Shown here one piece after another: positions 21,122 through 30,936 of a DNA stretch of 64,000 bases. A program made the translations under genes and the position numbers. Within the stretch, counting starts at the first letter, position 1, and the number at the start of each line of letters is the position of its first letter. The stretch is from Candidatus Cloacimonadales bacterium (GTDB lineage: Bacteria > Cloacimonadota > Cloacimonadia > Cloacimonadales > JAIOQZ01): contig OY771587.1 in assembly GCA_963674825.1 (NCBI GenBank), forward strand, positions 960,001 to 1,024,000, given 5' to 3'. The notes beneath the pieces were generated by a model that was not told the origin of the DNA, made no database searches, and saw only the letters and a list, made by a program, of their open reading frames with translations.

Positions 21122-21658
21122 TTACACCTGCAAAATCGTCACAACCGTATCGCCCATCTTTTTCTCGTAGGTACGATACTGGTGCCAAGCCTCTTCGATG
21201 GGCTCGTCGAACGCATGTTCGATCATAACCCTGCCTGATGGCTTAAGTAGATTTCGATCGAAGATACGCATAACTGTCTTCTGCACCAGCCCTTTACGAT
21301 AGGGCGGGTCGATCAGGATCAGATCGTATTGCTCTTCGGTGTCATCCAGAAATGCGGTCGCCTTCTTCTTGTGAACCTGCGTTGTATCGCGACAACCCAA
21401 TTTCTCGATGTTTTTCCAGATGGTCTGCACCGATTTCTGGCTCGAATCGACGAAAATCGCCTGCATGGTTCCACGACTGAGCGCTTCAAGCCCGAGAGCA
21501 CCGCTGCCGGCATAAAGATCGAGCACGATATCGTCGTCGTAGAGATCGAGAACACTGAAGATCACTTCCTTCACGAAATCTGTTGTGGGTCTCACGCGAT
21601 CGCCAGACACCGTAAACAGGTGACGTCCCTTGTATTTACCGGTTATGATCCGCATCAT
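21122..21658 (-). CDS. rsmD: 16S rRNA (guanine966-N2)-methyltransferase
   Basis: MRIITGKYKGR, RPTTD, LDLYAGSGALGLEALSRG, DPPY. Confidence 0.93.
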   Translation of the reverse strand: MMRIITGKYKGRHLFTVSGDRVRPTTDFVKEVIFSVLDLYDDDIVLDLYAGSGALGLEALSRGTMQAIFVDSSQKSVQTIWKNIEKLGCRDTTQVHKKKATAFLDDTEEQYDLILIDPPYRKGLVQKTVMRIFDRNLLKPSGRVMIEHAFDEPIEEAWHQYRTYEKKMGDTVVTILQV

Positions 21659-21701
21659 TCCCCCTTTCGCACCTAGTTTATCCTGTAATGATCGACGAGG
21701 A

Positions 21702-21860
21702 TCAGCTTCTTTTATATTTCTTGCTTCCGAATTTGATCTCGAGCTGCTCCGGTTTCTGTTCGAAATTCGGGCAGGTCAGAAGGATCGTTTCTGCCGACTG
21801 CTTGCACTTATTCATGCATTTAGCACATAACTTATTGATGTCTTTATTCTTTACTTCCAT
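21702..21860 (-). CDS. Small Cys-rich protein (52 aa)
   Basis: Hand translation MEVKNKDINKLCAKCMNKCKQSAETILLTCPNFEQKPEQLEIKFGSKKYKRS; fills the operon gap. Confidence 0.6.
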   Translation of the reverse strand: MEVKNKDINKLCAKCMNKCKQSAETILLTCPNFEQKPEQLEIKFGSKKYKRS

Positions 21861-22398
21861 AAAATACTCGTATCAGTTCACCCAATGTGATATCCTGCAG
21901 TGACTTGTTCTTCCCCAGGATTTCAATGGCACGCGCGCTCAGTTCCCCAACATTCATCGAAAGCCAATCTGTCGAAGGTATCGCAGTAAGTGGTTTCGAT
22001 TTTAGCGCAGAAACGGATTCATCATCATCGTATGATCCTTCCAGGATGGATTTGCGAGGTTCGGGCGCGAGCTCTTCGTCCGATTCAACGTTCAAATCAT
22101 CTTCGTCCTCTTCCTGCTGCTGCATCGATTCCTGTAGTTTCTCGTAGCGATCCTGCGGCAATATCTTCAGTCTCTTCCGCTCGTCGGCGGTGAATAGCGC
22201 AGCAATTCGCGGATCGTAGTGGAGCTTGTCATCGCTGAGGATGCGTTCCTGCACGGCCTCGAGTCGCTCTTGAATATCTTCGTCGCCCCGCTCGTTATAC
22301 AGACGGGCATAGACCGCGAGTGCGTCGAAAAGCTGGTTTTGCGATTCATACAACTGTGCGAGCGTCATGGTTGGCGCTAATGATTTGGATGGAGCCAT
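21844..22398 (-). CDS. Hypothetical protein (TPR-like N-terminus)
   Basis: TLAQLYESQNQLFDALAVYARL; operon context. Confidence 0.6.
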   Translation of the reverse strand: MAPSKSLAPTMTLAQLYESQNQLFDALAVYARLYNERGDEDIQERLEAVQERILSDDKLHYDPRIAALFTADERKRLKILPQDRYEKLQESMQQQEEDEDDLNVESDEELAPEPRKSILEGSYDDDESVSALKSKPLTAIPSTDWLSMNVGELSARAIEILGKNKSLQDITLGELIRVFYGSKE

Positions 22399-22399
22399 A

Positions 22400-22990
22400 T
22401 CATTCTCCCAGGGTTATCTCGGGTTTCATCTTCTGCAGAGTCTTCTCGCCAATACCGTTTACCTTAAGAAGGTCGTCAATGCGCTTGAAACGGCCATGTT
22501 TATTGCGATATCGCACAATTCTAGTCGCCAGCACTTCGCCGATCCCTTCGATTTCCATCAATTGCTGCACTCCGGCGCGATTGATGTTGACCTGTCCGGT
22601 CTGGGAAGAAAACCCCAGTAAAGAATCCTGAAATGCGGTTTCATTGTCAAGCGGTATCAGATAGGGAAGCATCCCATCATAAAGTTTCTCGCCAATGCCA
22701 TGTACTTTCATCAGGTCCGATCTGCGCGCAAAACCCGGGCTTTCAGCGTATGCCATGATCGCCCGTGCTTTCTTCTCGCCGATGCCCGGTAGCGCCATGA
22801 GGTCTTCAAGCACCGGGTTACGTAAATCGATGCGCAGATCACTTTGCTCCAGCGTTACACGCAACGAATCTACGTCCGATGCCGATTCCCTTGCAAAAAA
22901 ACGCGCACTCAGTCCCAGCAGCGCAAAACCCATCAGAAACAGCAATATCCGCTGCTCGCCTGGTGTAAAAAGCTTGCTCAGCGGATTCAC
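22400..22990 (-). CDS. comEA: ComEA-family helix-hairpin-helix DNA-binding protein
   Basis: Repeated LPGIGEKKA / VHGIGEK / IEGIGEVLA / VNGIGEKT HhH motifs; N-terminal TM. Confidence 0.85.
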   Translation of the reverse strand: MNPLSKLFTPGEQRILLFLMGFALLGLSARFFARESASDVDSLRVTLEQSDLRIDLRNPVLEDLMALPGIGEKKARAIMAYAESPGFARRSDLMKVHGIGEKLYDGMLPYLIPLDNETAFQDSLLGFSSQTGQVNINRAGVQQLMEIEGIGEVLATRIVRYRNKHGRFKRIDDLLKVNGIGEKTLQKMKPEITLGE

Positions 22991-22991
22991 C

Positions 22992-23387
22992 TTAAGCGTC
23001 CTTTACCCGAACAAACGTCGCTTCCGCACGAGCGTGAATCTTTCCCTCAGGATCGGTCAACTTCGCTTTGCATGTGATAATGCGCCCCTTGTTTTCCACG
23101 ATCTCACCACTGACAAGATAGTCGGTGAGGGAGTTAACCGGCCTTTTATACTCGATGCTCATTCGTCCCGTAACCGCGACAGTTCCCGCGTGCAGTACTA
23201 TCTTGGCCATCGATTCATCCAACAGCGCTGCGACCATCCCGCCGTGGATAATGCCGGGATATCCGGCGAATTTTTCCGGAAGATTGACCACCGCAATCGC
23301 TGTGTTATCTGGATATTCGAAATCGAGTTGCAGGCCATCAGGATTGGCCTTACCGCAGATGAAACATTTGTTGTATTCTTCGCTCAT
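22992..23387 (-). CDS. PaaI family thioesterase
   Basis: CFICGKANPDGL, GYPGIIHGGMVAALLDE. Confidence 0.88.
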   Translation of the reverse strand: MSEEYNKCFICGKANPDGLQLDFEYPDNTAIAVVNLPEKFAGYPGIIHGGMVAALLDESMAKIVLHAGTVAVTGRMSIEYKRPVNSLTDYLVSGEIVENKGRIITCKAKLTDPEGKIHARAEATFVRVKDA

Positions 23388-23501
23388 GAAGAGACTCCTT
23401 TTCTTCTCTCTCATCCCGTCTTCTCGCCCGATGCACAGCTTGCCTTCGGTTTTTATTGACAATCGTTCCCGTCCATCGTTTCAAGACGTTCGGAGGTAAT
23501 C

Positions 23502-23741
23502 ATGAGACCGATCGAAAGAACCATATTATCCAAGATCGACGACAAAGGCGTCACGTTCGACCGCATTGAGGAAATCATCGACGGAATGACACGCCAGGAG
23601 CTCAAGAAAAGCTTCCCGGACGATTCCATCTTCCAGTCGCCACGCTACTTCGCGAAGGTAGTTCTGGACAGCCTTGTGCGGCGCGGCGCGATTCAGAAGC
23701 AGGACGGTAAGTTCGTCAAACCATCTAAAAAGGACGATTAG
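23502..23741 (+). CDS. Small hypothetical protein (winged-helix-like)
   Basis: GGAGG RBS; fills the gap between genes. Confidence 0.6.
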   Translation: MRPIERTILSKIDDKGVTFDRIEEIIDGMTRQELKKSFPDDSIFQSPRYFAKVVLDSLVRRGAIQKQDGKFVKPSKKDD

Positions 23742-24283
23742 TCCATCAGCTCCTGATCGTACTTCGCCATCGCATCGATCGCGAGCTGAAGAAAATCTCC
23801 CAGCTCGAACCCGATATTGCTGCACGTCGCGATCTGCTCACGATTCGCACCCGCGGCAAAGCTCTTCGATTTGAACTTCTTCTTCAGCGATTTCAGCTTC
23901 ACCTCATGGATGGTCTTACCCGGCTGCATCAAGGCAGCGGCTGTGACCAATCCCGTAATCGGATCGGCAGCGTAGAGACTTTTATCCAGCAGCGATTCCA
24001 CCGGTGCATGATCCGCGTGTGCCTTTACCGCATGAACCACATCCCCGGGTAGCCCGGCCTCTTCCAGCATCTGCGCACCTTTCACGCTGTGCTGGTCGGG
24101 ATCGTCCATCGTGTATTCGTAGTCGATATCATGCAATAGCCCGGTGACAAACCACTTCTCCGCATCTTCATTGAAATGCTCCGCAAGCGCTTCCATCACC
24201 GCACCTACAGCAAGGCTGTGCTTTCGCAGGCTATCGCTTTCCAAATGACTATATAACAGCTCATTCGCCTCTGTACGATTCAT
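23738..24283 (-). CDS. HD/HDIG domain hydrolase
   Basis: KHSLAV, GLLHDIDYE, LKKKFKSKSFAAGANRE. Confidence 0.88.
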   Translation of the reverse strand: MNRTEANELLYSHLESDSLRKHSLAVGAVMEALAEHFNEDAEKWFVTGLLHDIDYEYTMDDPDQHSVKGAQMLEEAGLPGDVVHAVKAHADHAPVESLLDKSLYAADPITGLVTAAALMQPGKTIHEVKLKSLKKKFKSKSFAAGANREQIATCSNIGFELGDFLQLAIDAMAKYDQELMD

Positions 24284-24331
24284 CGAGATTATCTCCTTTT
24301 CTTGTATGGCGCGAACCGAGTGCAAACGTCT

Positions 24332-24829
24332 TTACCCCCCTGACAAGGGGGGATTAAGGGGGGTTATCCCCAATTCATCTTCCCTCTGTCGAATCCTCGA
24401 CATTAAATCATCGTATACCCCCTGCAATCTGCATAGAACATCACTGTTTATGTATCGAACCACAACAACCCCAAGGATCTGCAACCTCTCAGTGCGGGTA
24501 CTATCGTATGAAATCCGGTCGGAATGACTATCGCCATCAATTTCAATCGCCATACGTAATTTCGAGCAATAAAAATCCACAATGTAATGATCAATCGGTT
24601 TCTGGCGCAGGAACTTGTACCCTGTTTGCCTTCGAGACAGAATATACTTCCACATTCGCACTTCGGGGAGACAACCGGTTCGACGATTTTCACGGGCACA
24701 GGATGTAAGTTTTGGATTATATGGGAGATGATTTCTTGTTACCCCCCCTTTATCCCCCCTTGTCAGGGGGGTTAGAGAGGCTTCAACCTCAACAAAATCC
24801 TCTGCTTTCTCAAACTCTTTTTCCGCCAT
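24332..24829 (-). CDS. DUF559 (Vsr-like) endonuclease
   Basis: LPYNPKL...ARENR, KFLRQKPIDHYIVDFYC, AIEIDGDSH. Confidence 0.88.
   Translation of the reverse strand: MAEKEFEKAEDFVEVEASLTPLTRGDKGGVTRNHLPYNPKLTSCARENRRTGCLPEVRMWKYILSRRQTGYKFLRQKPIDHYIVDFYCSKLRMAIEIDGDSHSDRISYDSTRTERLQILGVVVVRYINSDVLCRLQGVYDDLMSRIRQREDELGITPLNPPLSGG
24334..24772. repeat. Pair of REP-like palindromic repeats in inverted orientation bracketing the DUF559 core
   Basis: 24334-24363 acccccctgacaaggggggattaagggggg matches the reverse complement of 24743-24772 (acccccctgacaaggggggataaagggggg) with 1 mismatch; each contains a CCCCCCT-N4-AGGGGGG hairpin. Confidence 0.9.
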
Positions 24830-24908
24830 ATTCCGCTGCCTCTAGCGATGCGTCCTCATTCCCTACCAAACCTCAAAACAGTACTTGAACCGTTTCCCAG
24901 CTCCAACA

Positions 24909-25661
24909 CTATCTCCACTGCCTTAGCACTTCGTAGCAGGCGACAGCGAATGAAGTCGCCACATTGAGCGAGTTTTTCCACCCATGAACAGGAATTCTCA
25001 CGATGTGGTCAACCATTTTCAATGTATTTTCATCGATACCATGAGCTTCGTTGCCGATCAAGATCGCACACGGACATGGAAATTCCATCTCGAATAACGT
25101 CGGCGAATCGGCCACCGTTTCCAGCGCGATCACGGGAACTCCACGGTTGCGAAATCGCTCGATCACGATCGAGACATCCTCGTCGTACTGCCATGCCACA
25201 TGTTCGTCGGTACCCATGGCCGTTTTCACAACCTTCGGGTTGTTCGGCGTGGCTGTGTAGCCGGTCAGATACAGCTTCTCCATGCCAACGCATTCCGCCA
25301 CCCGGAAGATCGAGCCTACATTGAACGATGACCGCAGATTATGCACAATTCCGAATAGCGGATACTGTTTCTGATGATTCGATCCATCACCCTGCACGAT
25401 GTTAAGATGTGTGTCCATCGGTTCATAGCCAAGCTTTCTCTGTAACGGGACAGAAAACAGCATGAACTTCTCCAGCGTTTCGCATTCCGGTATTTCCAGG
25501 CTCAACTCGGCGTCCCGTACGAACTGCCTGAGATCCAGCATCAATTCCCATCGCACTTCCGCATCGTCCCACTGCCGCTCGAGTGTTTCGAGGTAGTCGA
25601 TCAGCGTCTTTTCGATCTTATGCTGGTCGAAGCGCTCGATTTTCTTCTTGGTATATTTCAT
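24909..25661 (-). CDS. TrmH/SpoU family RNA methyltransferase
   Basis: NLRSSFNVGSIFR, LIGNEAHGI, IPVHGWKNSLNVA. Confidence 0.9.
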   Translation of the reverse strand: MKYTKKKIERFDQHKIEKTLIDYLETLERQWDDAEVRWELMLDLRQFVRDAELSLEIPECETLEKFMLFSVPLQRKLGYEPMDTHLNIVQGDGSNHQKQYPLFGIVHNLRSSFNVGSIFRVAECVGMEKLYLTGYTATPNNPKVVKTAMGTDEHVAWQYDEDVSIVIERFRNRGVPVIALETVADSPTLFEMEFPCPCAILIGNEAHGIDENTLKMVDHIVRIPVHGWKNSLNVATSFAVACYEVLRQWR

Positions 25662-25761
25662 TTCGACATAATGAGCATACACTGTTATGAACGTCAACGC
25701 ATTTTTCAGTTGCTAATGAATCATTGATCACTATTATTGGGTTTAAAGATCGGAGGTAAAC

Positions 25762-26154
25762 ATGAAATCGATTTACGAACGGAAAATCGTCGGATACGAA
25801 TGCGATATATACGGGCACTTGAACAACGCCAACTACCTGCACGTCTATGAAGAAGCACGCACGAAGGCGTTAAACGAGATCGGGCTTTCCATCTCCGGAT
25901 TGCTTGCGCAAAATCTGCACATGTACCTCAACGAGATCAACATCAAGTTCATGCGCGGCGTCCCGCTTGACTCCATCGTGACCGTTACCACCGAGATTAT
26001 CGTCAAGAACCGGCTCCGCTCCATCTGGCACCAGGAGATGTTCGACAGCGACGGTAACCTGTGCAGCGTCGCCGATGTGCATGGCGTCTTCGCACGTGAT
26101 GGAAGACCAATCCGAATCCCGCAGGAACTGATGGCAAATTTCGGACTGGAGTAA
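25762..26154 (+). CDS. Acyl-CoA thioesterase (YbgC/4HBT family)
   Basis: ECDIYGHLNNANYLHVYEEAR. Confidence 0.88.
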   Translation: MKSIYERKIVGYECDIYGHLNNANYLHVYEEARTKALNEIGLSISGLLAQNLHMYLNEINIKFMRGVPLDSIVTVTTEIIVKNRLRSIWHQEMFDSDGNLCSVADVHGVFARDGRPIRIPQELMANFGLE

Positions 26155-26251
26155 CCCCGCCATCACGTAAAATTATTTTCTTGACAATCGTCTTAAATTA
26201 GCCTCCATATTGTGTTGAGGGATTTATCATAACCAATACTTGGAGGCAATT

Positions 26252-27862
26252 ATGTATAGGGCAATTCTCGCACTCACATTCGTACTGATCTGCACACTCG
26301 CATTCGCTGACGGCGTTCAACCCAACGGCTTCGGAACCGAAACCAATCCGTACCTCATGGAATCGCTCGACAACTTACTGTGGCTATCGACCAATGAAAA
26401 GGTGTGGTCGGATGAATTGTATTACCTTCAGACCGCCGATATCGACGCCACCGACACCGAGAACTGGAACGATGGTGAAGGTTTTTCGCCGATCGGAACA
26501 AGCGGTCGGAAGTTTAAAGGCGTCTATGACGGTGACAACCATACAATCAGCAACCTGCATATCAACAGACCAGATCAGGATTATATAGGGCTATGGGGGT
26601 ATACTCATTATTCTACCTTCACAGAAATTAAATTGGTCAACGTCTCGATCATTGGCGGAGAATTTACCGGTTCACTTGCCGGTTATTGCGAAGGCTCTGG
26701 ATTGATCGAGAACTGCCATTCAGGCGGATCTGTCGAAGGTGCTCGAAACGTTGGCGGTCTGTTCGGGTGTTTAGATGGTTATCTTGATGACTATTACACC
26801 CTAATCATATCGAGTTGTTCGTCCACCAGCACTGTTGTAGGAACCGAAATCGTTGGAGGACTGATAGGAGCTGGATACGTAGTGGAAATATCTTATTGCT
26901 TTGTCGATTGCACCGTATCCGCGACAGAATCGTATGCGGGTGGAATTTGCGCTATAACCAACGAAGCATTTGTAATTGAATACTGCTATGTTCAGGGGGA
27001 AATTTCAAGTTCAGACTTTGCTGGAAGTATCATCGGATATTGCATATTGTCGAATATTGATTCATCAGGAAGTAATGCAACGATAAATTGCTCGGGAGAT
27101 CAATCCGGCGGTATTACTGGATGTATGACGTACGCAATAATCAATTGCTGCTATTTCTTAGGCAATTTGAATGGAACATCTCATTCGGGAGGCATAGTCG
27201 GTTTTTCCGCTGACTCCGATATCAAGAACTGCTACGTTGCAGGTAATATCACGCCGTCAACAGCGTCAGCGTTATCTGGAACTTTCAATAATTACGAATA
27301 TATTGCTCGCGTTCGCAATTGTGTCTGGAATACTCAGACAACCGGAGTTAATCATGCCATGGGTACCAATCAAGAAAGCGCCATAGACTGCTACGGCTGC
27401 ACCACAGCAGAGATGATGCAGCAATCAACCTACACTAATCTCGGCTGGGACTTCGTGGATGAGACCGAGAATGGCACTGAAGATTATTGGGATATGTCCA
27501 CCGACTGGAACGAAGGCTATCCATACATCCACGATATCTGGGTCTATGTCGATAACGATGAAGAACCAACCGTTCCGCCAGTATTCGAAACCACGCTGAG
27601 CAACGCCTATCCGAATCCGTTCAATCCGAGCACGACCATCGCATATTCGCTTTCAGAATCAGGACCGGTCGAAATCAGCGTCTATAACATCCGCGGACAG
27701 CGGATTACAAAGCTTATCGATGAAAGACAGCCAGCCGGGCAGCACAACGTCGTCTGGAACGGCACCGATTCCCGTGGCAAGCCCGTCTCCAGCGGTATCT
27801 ACTTCTACAGGATGACAACGCCTGATCGCTACATCGCGAAGAAAATGGTAATGGTGAAATAG
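26252..27862 (+). CDS. Secreted GLUG-repeat protein with C-terminal FlgD-Ig/T9SS-like domain
   Basis: Signal peptide; GTETNPY, repeated VGGL(I/F)G units; YPNPFNPSTTI C-terminal domain. Confidence 0.85.
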   Translation: MYRAILALTFVLICTLAFADGVQPNGFGTETNPYLMESLDNLLWLSTNEKVWSDELYYLQTADIDATDTENWNDGEGFSPIGTSGRKFKGVYDGDNHTISNLHINRPDQDYIGLWGYTHYSTFTEIKLVNVSIIGGEFTGSLAGYCEGSGLIENCHSGGSVEGARNVGGLFGCLDGYLDDYYTLIISSCSSTSTVVGTEIVGGLIGAGYVVEISYCFVDCTVSATESYAGGICAITNEAFVIEYCYVQGEISSSDFAGSIIGYCILSNIDSSGSNATINCSGDQSGGITGCMTYAIINCCYFLGNLNGTSHSGGIVGFSADSDIKNCYVAGNITPSTASALSGTFNNYEYIARVRNCVWNTQTTGVNHAMGTNQESAIDCYGCTTAEMMQQSTYTNLGWDFVDETENGTEDYWDMSTDWNEGYPYIHDIWVYVDNDEEPTVPPVFETTLSNAYPNPFNPSTTIAYSLSESGPVEISVYNIRGQRITKLIDERQPAGQHNVVWNGTDSRGKPVSSGIYFYRMTTPDRYIAKKMVMVK

Positions 27863-30444
27863 AACACGAACAATGCACTTGGAGGCATTATGCGTAGAGT
27901 AATACTCACACTCACATTCGTACTGATCTGCACATTCGCTTTCGCTGACGGCGTCCAGCCCAATGGCTCCGGAACCGAAACCGATCCGTACCTCATGGAA
28001 TCGCTCGACAACTTGCTATGGCTTTCGACCAACATAGACGTTTGGAGCGACAGCCTCTACTTCCTGCAAACCGCTGACATCGATGCCTCGGACACGCAGA
28101 ACTGGAATGGTGGAAATGGGCTTTGGCCGATCGGAACAAGCGCTAATAAGTTTTCTGGCACTTATGACGGCGGAAATCACACCATTAGCGATATGCATAT
28201 CGATCGAAGACACAGTGACAATATGGGGATGTGGGGATATGCGCTCAACTCATCATTTAAAAATCTGAGTATCTTGGATACCTATGTTTCCGGTGACCAA
28301 TACGTTGCCATTTTCGTGGCGAAATGTAGCGGTGTAACGTTCGAAAATTGCCACTGTAGCGGTCAGCTTGATGGATCGTTCGATATTGGGGGGCTTGTTG
28401 GTGGTGGATATGTTTATACTGCAACGAACTGTTCTTCCACATGTACAATAGATGGGAACAGCCGTGTCGGGGGACTAATTGGCTACCTTAGCTTCTCTCT
28501 CGGAATAGAAAACTGTAGCTCAGACTGCTCAATTGCTGGGAATTCTTCATTGGGGGGGCTGATAGGTTATGTCGATTGTTCTCACCCAATTTCCTTTTGC
28601 TCTTCCAATACTCAAATCCTTATGGACTGGAGGAACGGAAGTAATGTTGGAGGTTTAATTGGGTTTTCTGATGATGTAAACATTGATCACTGCAATGCCG
28701 ATTGCACGATATCGTGTCTTGGATATAGTACTTCCAATGTCGGTGGGCTGATAGGGTATTTTAATCATGATAATCATAGCGAGAATTATACGATATCTAA
28801 TTGTTTTGTAACGGGTTCTATTGAAGGCGAAGAAGATGTGGGAGGATTAGTTGGAGGACTTCGCACCGCCTATTCACCATTTACAAACAATCTTTTCGAA
28901 CATTCTTATTACGACTACGAAACGTTCACCATCAATGGAGAGCACGAAGTTAGCTTTGGGGCAGTACCGACCAATTTATTCAACGACTGGGTGGAGAATG
29001 GATTCGAACTAAATCCTGATGACTACCTTCTCAATCTCGATGGCTCTGATGATTACCTGATATCAAGTCCTGAAGACTTACGTTGCTTGATGGCTTTCGG
29101 GCAAGATAATTGTGCCTTTCGCCTAACAGCCAACATCGATATGGCTGAATATCCAGGCTTTTATCTCCCGGTATTCTGCGCAACCCTTAACGGTGACAAT
29201 CACACGATATCAAACCTTTCTCTTATTGACACCGACAATGATTTCAAAGGCTTCATTGGTTTTGCGAAGAGAGCCGTAGTTTCAGATCTGAACATAAACA
29301 ACATTCAAATTAGTGGCAACGAGTACATTGGAGGAATGGCTGGATATGGGCAGTATACTGCGATCACCAACTGTAATGTTAATGGACTGATCAATGTAAC
29401 ACATCGCTATGTTGGAGGTTTTTGTGGTTTTTCAGTTGAAAACACCTTCACACAATGCAGCTTCAACGGTTCAACAGCAAGCGAAGTCAACGACTCGAAT
29501 AATGGCGGAATTTGTGGCTATGCCAGAGTAAGCGATTTCATCAATTGTTTCAGCAATGGGGAGATTATCAACACGGGTACTTCCAGTAAAACCGGAGGTA
29601 TTGTCGGGCGATGTTATAGCAGCACTTTCCAAGGATGCTATTCTGAAGCAACGATCGATGCTTCACGTTCGAGAGCTGGCGGTATTGTGGGATACTCCGA
29701 TGTGTCAACGGTGAACAATTGCTACTTCTCCGGGATCGTTATGGGCAGCACAGACACAGGCGGAATCGTAGGGATCAGTATTCACGGATCGGAAGTCAAT
29801 TACTGCTATGTAAATGGAGAGGTTTATCCTCCTGAGGCTGCGGCCATTGTCGGCTATAATACACGAGGCGAGGTTGGAGGGGAAGTTTCGTATGTTCGCA
29901 ATTGCGTGTGGGATTCAGAAACCATGGCTGTCAGCGGTGCGATTGGCCATTCATATGGTGGGCAAACATATATGGTCGAAGGCCACACTCGCGCTGAGAT
30001 GCGAGAACAATCAACCTACACCAACCTCGGCTGGGACTTCGTGGATGAAACCGAGAATGGCACTGAAGATTATTGGGATATGTCCACCGACTGGAACGAA
30101 GGCTACCCATACATCCACGATATCTGGGTCTATGTCGATAACGATGAAGAACCAACCGTTCCGCCAGTATTCGAAACCACGCTGAGCAACGCCTATCCGA
30201 ATCCGTTCAATCCGAGCACGACCATCGCATATTCGCTTTCGGAAGCAGGACCGGTCGAAATCAGCGTCTATAACATCCGCGGACAGCGGGTCAAGAAGCT
30301 CGTCAGCGAAAGGCAGCCAGCCGGGCAGCACAACGTCGTCTGGAACGGCACCGATTCCCGTGGCAAGCCCGTCTCCAGCGGTATCTACTTCTACAGGATG
30401 ACAACGCCTGATCGCAACATCGCGAAGAAAATGGTAATGGTGAA
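27422..30444 (+). repeat. ~437-bp near-identical direct repeat (27422-27858 and 30008-30444)
   Basis: Direct comparison shows long identical runs with scattered substitutions; the 5' ~150 bp of the two genes are also highly similar. Confidence 0.92.
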
Positions 30445-30448
30445 GTGA
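27890..30448 (+). CDS. Secreted GLUG-repeat protein with C-terminal FlgD-Ig/T9SS-like domain (tandem paralog)
   Basis: Same architecture with a longer central GGLIG repeat region. Confidence 0.85.
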   Translation: MRRVILTLTFVLICTFAFADGVQPNGSGTETDPYLMESLDNLLWLSTNIDVWSDSLYFLQTADIDASDTQNWNGGNGLWPIGTSANKFSGTYDGGNHTISDMHIDRRHSDNMGMWGYALNSSFKNLSILDTYVSGDQYVAIFVAKCSGVTFENCHCSGQLDGSFDIGGLVGGGYVYTATNCSSTCTIDGNSRVGGLIGYLSFSLGIENCSSDCSIAGNSSLGGLIGYVDCSHPISFCSSNTQILMDWRNGSNVGGLIGFSDDVNIDHCNADCTISCLGYSTSNVGGLIGYFNHDNHSENYTISNCFVTGSIEGEEDVGGLVGGLRTAYSPFTNNLFEHSYYDYETFTINGEHEVSFGAVPTNLFNDWVENGFELNPDDYLLNLDGSDDYLISSPEDLRCLMAFGQDNCAFRLTANIDMAEYPGFYLPVFCATLNGDNHTISNLSLIDTDNDFKGFIGFAKRAVVSDLNINNIQISGNEYIGGMAGYGQYTAITNCNVNGLINVTHRYVGGFCGFSVENTFTQCSFNGSTASEVNDSNNGGICGYARVSDFINCFSNGEIINTGTSSKTGGIVGRCYSSTFQGCYSEATIDASRSRAGGIVGYSDVSTVNNCYFSGIVMGSTDTGGIVGISIHGSEVNYCYVNGEVYPPEAAAIVGYNTRGEVGGEVSYVRNCVWDSETMAVSGAIGHSYGGQTYMVEGHTRAEMREQSTYTNLGWDFVDETENGTEDYWDMSTDWNEGYPYIHDIWVYVDNDEEPTVPPVFETTLSNAYPNPFNPSTTIAYSLSEAGPVEISVYNIRGQRVKKLVSERQPAGQHNVVWNGTDSRGKPVSSGIYFYRMTTPDRNIAKKMVMVK

Positions 30449-30485
30449 TCACTACATTCGAATAGAGAATAGGAAACAGCTTTAT

Positions 30486-30520
30486 AAATACCGGAGGGCA
30501 AATGTCTTCCGGTATTTTTT
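30486..30520 (+). terminator. Rho-independent terminator
   Basis: aataccggagggca-aa-tgtcttccggtatt followed by a T-run. Confidence 0.8.
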
Positions 30521-30555
30521 ATGTCTGATATAAAGTCTCACCCCCCTTGGCAGAA

Positions 30556-30867
30556 GTTACTATCGATCGGGGGGACGGGACAACCCGCGACGCTATAATC
30601 TGTTAGACCATATTGGGCGATAGTAACTTGTTGGCAAGGCCGGTTACTATCGTCCCTTTCAGTATCCCGAAGATGGCACATCGGGTTCACTTACGAGGTT
30701 GTTTAGTTACTTCATATTTCGCGAGATAGTGCGAAAGCCTTTGAGTTTGCGATAGTAACCGAAAATCAGCGATAGTAACCAACCGATAGTAACTCGGTAG
30801 TAACCCGAACCAACAGCCGATAGTAACCAATCGGTAGTAACCGGCGATAGTTCGCACGATAGTAACC
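30556..30867. repeat. Cluster of ~10 CG(A/G)TAGTAAC(C) motifs, putative transposase-binding end sites
   Basis: Reverse copies at 30556 and 30642; forward copies at 30618, 30750, 30770, 30784, 30795, 30818, 30832, 30857; degenerate copy at 30845. Confidence 0.9.
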
Positions 30868-30936
30868 ACACCCAACAAGAAACCCGACTGGTTAAAGTCG
30901 GGTCAAGCAAAAACCGTTTGGAACCCTGTCGGCCGA

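Noticed and set aside
27422..30444. Diversity-generating retroelement TR/VR pair
   Set aside because: Differences are mostly synonymous and not adenine-specific, both copies are coding, and no reverse transcriptase is in the window
30750..30867. CRISPR array
   Set aside because: Repeats are only 10-11 bp, gaps are short and irregular (1-14 bp), and there are no cas genes
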